From Basidiobolus meristosporus CBS 931.73 (taxonomy: Eukaryota; Fungi; Basidiobolomycota), in the NCBI GenBank assembly GCA_002104905.1, contig MCFE01000596.1, forward strand, positions 1 to 54,823: a DNA stretch of 54,823 nt, read 5' to 3'. Every line of letters starts with the position of its first letter. Within the stretch, counting starts at the first letter, position 1. The notes beneath the pieces were generated by a model. The model saw nothing but the letters and a program-made list of their open reading frames with translations, had not been told where the DNA came from and ran no database searches. Shown here piece after piece: positions 49,957 to 54,823 of this stretch. The position numbers and the translations under genes were made by a program.

Positions 49957-52485
49957 ATGGCTTTTGGGTTTAGACTTCCGACTTTACTCGTGTATCTGCT
50001 AACCTTGCTGCCATACATATCGTATGCCTTTCACGTCCCCGGGTTCACCCCAAACGTCTACAAAGAGAACGATAACATCCCACTTTATGTCAACAAAGTG
50101 TTCTCTGACAAGACTCAGCTGCCCCATGCTTACCATGACTTGCCGTTTGTGTGTCCCAACCCCGATGCCAAACGTTCCATGTTGAATCTGGGCGAGATCC
50201 TGAGTGGAGACCGAATCTACAACTCCGAATACAAGGTATACGTTCATCCACCCCTGACCCCACACGTGCTCCTGCCTACTAACCCATCATAGCTTCATTT
50301 CGGAGAGAACACCGAGTGCAATAGGCTGTGTACGTTACAAATCACTGCGGAAGATGCCAAGACCGCCCAAGAAATGATTAGAGATGACTATCGCGTTGAA
50401 TGGTATTGAGAACTCCGGAATGGTCAACCCGACGACAGTCGGAACTAACCCCCCCCCCTCTTCAAAGGATTGTAGATGATTTACCCAGTGCTGCGCCCTA
50501 CCATACCGTGGAAAACACCAAAAAAATGTACGAAGCAGGTTTCCACTTAGGCCAAGTTGACCCCAAGGTTTCCGCCCATTTCAGATACCCACCAACTGCA
50601 CTATCACTTCCTAACTCACTTCACCCTTTCCAAGACCTCGAAAACTTACCTCAACAACCACGTCCTGATCAACATTCTCTACGAAACCAAAGAAGCAGAC
50701 CCAACCGCCCGGCTGATCGTAGGATTCGAGGTGTATCCTTACAGGTGAATATCGACTAGTCTCTTCGCAACACCCTAGGTACAGCTAGCTAACGGCCCTC
50801 AGCATCGAGTCTGCCGCCCAGTGTCCCAACATCAAGCTCAACAACGATCAAGCGGTCCCAAAGAAGGAGATCTCGAGCCAGGATACTTCGATCGACTTCA
50901 CCTACACTGTCGTTTGGACCAAGGTATTGATCAGGCGGTGTTGCTTGTGTGGGCCTGATGTTGACGTGTTCGAATGAATCTAGGAAAATGTCATCACCTG
51001 GGGCACCCGATGGAGCCTGTACATGGCCAACAATGATCCCCAGATCCATTGGTACTCGATCATCAACTCCATGGTCATCATCCTGTTCCTGACATCGATG
51101 GTGGCCGTGATCATGCTGCGCACGCTCAACAGAGATATCTCTCTTTACAACGATGAGGACTTCAGGGTCAGTGTGTTCATGTGGATGCATCCTTGCTTGA
51201 CGTCGGTATTGATTCGGTGTAGTTTGAGGAAGCGCAAGAGGATACCATCGGATGGAAGCTTGTTCATGGAGATGTCTTCAGGGCACCTAAGTACGGCGGC
51301 CTGTTTGCGCCCCTGGTCGGTACTGGTGTCCAGCTGTTCATGATGTTCTTTGCCACCATATGTAGGTATTCCTTCTTTCCGACATCAGCCACCCATGCTA
51401 AACCTCTTCTAAAACCCAGTCTTTGGGCTTGTTGGCATCCTCAATCCTTCATACCGCGGGGGCCTCGTCTCATTTGCCTTGTTTTTATTTGTCTTCATGG
51501 GGTAAGGGATATAGTTCCGTTGCGCCGTACCAAATGCTAACCGAGATTCCAGAATGTTCGGAGGGTACTTCAGCGCACGTCTGTACAAAGTATTCAAGGG
51601 GAACTCGTGGAAGAAGAATGCGTTCATGGTATTAGTAGGCGTGATGGGGTGACATTTCCCTTCTCTAACCCACTTCCCCTAGACCGGCTTCGTTGTTCCC
51701 GGGTTCATATTTGGGATCATCTGCGTGCTCAACATCTTCGTCTGGGCCCAGCATTCATCCACCGCCATTCCGTTTGGGACATTCTTTGCACTGGTGTCCA
51801 TGTGGTTCTGCATCTCGATGCCCCTGATCTTCGTTGGGTCATTCTTCGGATTCAAAAAACAGGTGATCCAACACCCGGTACGAACTAACCAGATCCCACG
51901 TCAAATCCCTGAACAAGTGTGGTACATGCAGCCTATCCCGAGGTAAGTGAGCGTGGATTGCATGGTTGTGGTGTGACGAGCTAAAATTTCAAACCCAGCG
52001 TCTTGGTCGGCGGGTTGATGCCATTTGCTGTGATTGTGATCGAGCTCGTGTTCATCCTCAAATCGATATGGCAAGACCAGTTCTACTACATGTTCGGCTT
52101 CCTCTCCTTGGTGTTTGTCATCCTCGTGATCACGTGCATCGAGATCACCATCGTCATCACGTACTTCCAGCTCTGTGGCGAGGTTTGTGAGATCTAAATT
52201 CGGCTTGGAATCGGCGTAGCGGCTAACCTTTATGAATCCGAACAGAACTACTTGTGGTGGTGGAGATCCTTCTTTGTTGGCGGCAGCTCTGGGCTGTACA
52301 TCTTTTTATACTCGTTGATGTACTGCTTCGCGCATCTCCACATCACCCACTTCGTATCGTTCCTAGTGTTCGTCACCTACAGCTTTGTCGCATGCGTGAT
52401 ATACGCACTTGTGACCGGGTCCGTATCGTTCCTGGTCACCTACTTCTTTGTTCGTAAGATATTCCGCGCGGTGAAGCTTGATTAA
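49957..52485 (+). CDS. EMP70: Nonaspanin TM9SF / endomembrane protein 70 family, multi-exon
   Basis: Signal peptide; [14 protein letters not shown]; [16 protein letters not shown]...[11 protein letters not shown]; QIPRQIPEQ; [20 protein letters not shown]; C-terminal KIFRAVKLD*. Many short GT-AG introns. Confidence 0.95.
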
Positions 52486-52761
52486 GCCACTTCACAGGCT
52501 AGCCTCCTAGGAGCGTTCGCCTCCCCCTCCACGTCATCATCGCCGCCCAACCTTTGTCAAATATGGCTTCACCGTAAATTTCATCCATTTCCAATCATTA
52601 ATTTATACGTATTGGACCGTTCCACTTGATGCGGTCAAGGGAAAAGAATAAAATCCTAAAGAGACGCTTCAATGCATCGGTAGTGTGACTTCAATTCGAT
52701 TTATTGTTCATTGAAATAGAAGAGGGGATGGGATTATGATACACTTTGGGGTTGATATTCG

Positions 52762-54823
52762 CTAGCGACTGTTGGATCGGAACTTGGCGATCACGAACCC
52801 GGTGACCACGATGTTGAACAGCCAGAACATGCACATGAAGCCAAAGTTCCGCCAGCGGTGATGATAACTCCATCCCAGGGGAACGAAGAAATCATCTCCC
52901 AGGGAAGCAGAGCAGTACTCACACCCGGTTGTGGCGTTGTAGTTGTTCAAATAGCCGGCGGCCTTCGTCAGGAATTGGCCAGCGTATTGTCCGCAGGTTT
53001 GACCAGAGGGTGGATTGAATACATAGAATTCGTCCGGCTTGCAGGTCACTTTGAAGTTGTGTAGCTCGTTGACCACTAGCCCTTCGATCCAGTAATGGAA
53101 TGGATCTAACCAGTACATCCATGCTCTCCAGAAACCTGGCATCGAGTTGTGAGGGACAACCACACCGCAGAACAGATTGAGCATGGAGAAGAAGAAGGGG
53201 TTGAGTAAGGCGGCCATTTGCTTGCTGGACGAGAATGAGGCGATCATTTGGCCTAAGGAGATGGTAAAGAAGGCGAAGACGACATACATGAGCCACGAGT
53301 AGATGGCATGGGCAGAGGCCTCGCTGTAGCCGCATATGTAATAGAAGATCAGCCAGAATGTGGTGATGGTCACCAAGAGGAACGGAAGCTCGGTTAGCAT
53401 GATGGAGAGCCAGAAGGGCTTCCATCCGTACATTTTACTGGAATGCTCCCTGTTGTAGACGTTACGTTCCTCGATGAATCTAGGCTGGGACAGATTCATG
53501 AAAATCGTCCCCATGACGGAAGACTGGAAAAGAGCGAACACACGCGCCTGTAACTCTCCTTGACTGTGACCCATCTTGTAAAACGAAAAGCCAAGAAGAA
53601 GGGAGAAAACGGTACAGAACATGTGCCTTCCGAGGTTGTAGGTGGGGTTACGCCACCACGAGAGAGCCATTCTGGTCCAAACAACCTTCAGCTGGGTACC
53701 GAATGGAGTGGCAAACTCCCGCTGGTTTTTCAGCTCCTCCCTGGTCAACTGTTTGGGAGTGATATGATCAAGTGTTTGTTGTGTTTGCTTCTTTTCGGGG
53801 GACTCGTTCCATATGGATGGCCAATCCAAGGCCCGTTTATCATTGATGACATCAAGAATATATTCAGCTGGGTTGGCATCAGGAGCACAAGAAGGAGCAC
53901 CGTTACGCTCAAAGTAGCCCAATATAGTCTTAGAGTCAGGGCCCAGTTCTCCGAAGTAGACGGTCTTACCACCGCGGGCAAGGAGCAACATGTGGTCGAA
54001 GAAGTCGAAGAGGACCGCACTCGGTTGATGGATGGTGCAGAGAACAGCCTGACCCTGGTTAGCCAACTTGCGCATGAAACGGATAATGTTGAAGGCAGCC
54101 TGTGCATCCAGGCCAGACGTTGGCTCGTCGAGAAAGACCAACTTGGGCTTGGCGACCAACTCTACACCAATGGTCAGACGTTTACGTTGCTCTACTGAAA
54201 TGCCAACACCAGTTTCGACATCTCCGATGACAGCATCAGCGATATCCTCCATTTCCAGAAGTCTGATGATCTCCTCTACATAGGCATCTTTCTCAGCCTT
54301 AGACACCTCTGCAGGCTGTCTAAGGTAAGCGGAGAATTGGAGGGATCTCTCACGGTCACGGCAGGGTTGTGGACATCCATCTGCTCGCAATAGCCAGTGG
54401 TACGTTGGAAATCTGGGCCAATTGGACGCTCATCCACCAAAATATCCCCGTCACTTTACCGATAGACTTACGTTGAGCTAGCACATCCAGAAGCGTCGTC
54501 TTGCCTGCGCCAGAAGCACCCATAAGAGCAGTCATCTGGCCTGGCTTGACCCAACCATCAATTTGTTCAGCAGCTGTTTACCTTCAGGGAATCCTTTGGC
54601 CGGCACTACGTAGTCAATGTGTGTGCCAGGTGAAAGTGGTCCCCTGAAGCTGGATATCATCGGACTTCTCATCCACCTTCACTCTTGATTCCTGGCCTGT
54701 CTCTTGGGCGAGTTTTTTTGTGGGCTTGAACATGTTCAAGGTGAATCCCCCTCTTCCGAATTGCTTGACCTCCATGGCAATCATGGCGAGGATGAGTACA
54801 ACACCCACCAGCAGATAACAGTG
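52762..54823 (-). CDS. PDR-family (ABCG, full-size) ABC transporter, 3' half (NBD2, TMD2, C-terminal PDR_CDR region); runs off the window end; 4 single-base frameshifts in 54.34-54.63 kb
   Basis: [25 protein letters not shown]; CEQMDVH; [32 protein letters not shown]; CTIHQPS; MALSWWRNP; [10 protein letters not shown]...CGQY...CEYC. Confidence 0.93.

Noticed and set aside
53560-54198. 212-aa plus-strand ORF opposite the ABC transporter
   Set aside because: Antisense shadow of a well-conserved gene.
54465-54475. GTAAGT on the minus strand as an intron donor explaining the ABC frameshifts
   Set aside because: It encodes the conserved Q-R-K after Walker A and the following sequence is conserved coding sequence.

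Overview
Eukaryotic, most likely fungal, genomic DNA. Evidence: short GT-AG introns with CTAAC branch points and a PDR-type ABC transporter; FAM50 plus a CKAP2-like gene hint at a non-yeast, possibly early-diverging lineage (inference). The window has two sharply separated compartments. (1) 1-~45,470 is a gene-free, strongly CpG-depleted block of nested transposons: several Tnp2-family (CACTA/CMC) DNA transposon copies with CCCCTATGAAAAAT TIRs; a Ty3/Gypsy family (LTR-A, 4-bp TSD) as an outer minus copy (9308-22839) holding an inner plus copy; two young Ty1/Copia copies (LTR-D, ~1% LTR divergence); an older Copia family (LTR-B); a fourth LTR type (LTR-C); solo LTRs; and a 734-bp foldback element. 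Most nesting boundaries are confirmed by TSDs and by empty-site paralogues inside the window. (2) ~45,690-54,823 is CpG-normal and gene-dense: FAM50/XAP5, a CKAP2-like protein, a TM9SF/EMP70 nonaspanin and the 3' half of a PDR ABC transporter. Most interesting signals: three separate inverted repeats with patchy homogenisation between their arms (probable gene conversion, or polishing artefact); CpG loss that appears to spare CCG/CGG; a foldback element with ANT-type 3-bp target sites; a divergent unknown ORF in the Tnp2 transposon; half-tRNA (Ty5/copia-like) primer sites; and a fungal CKAP2 homologue. I found no clearly new host gene system, RNA gene or CRISPR array. All identities and counts are by-eye estimates.
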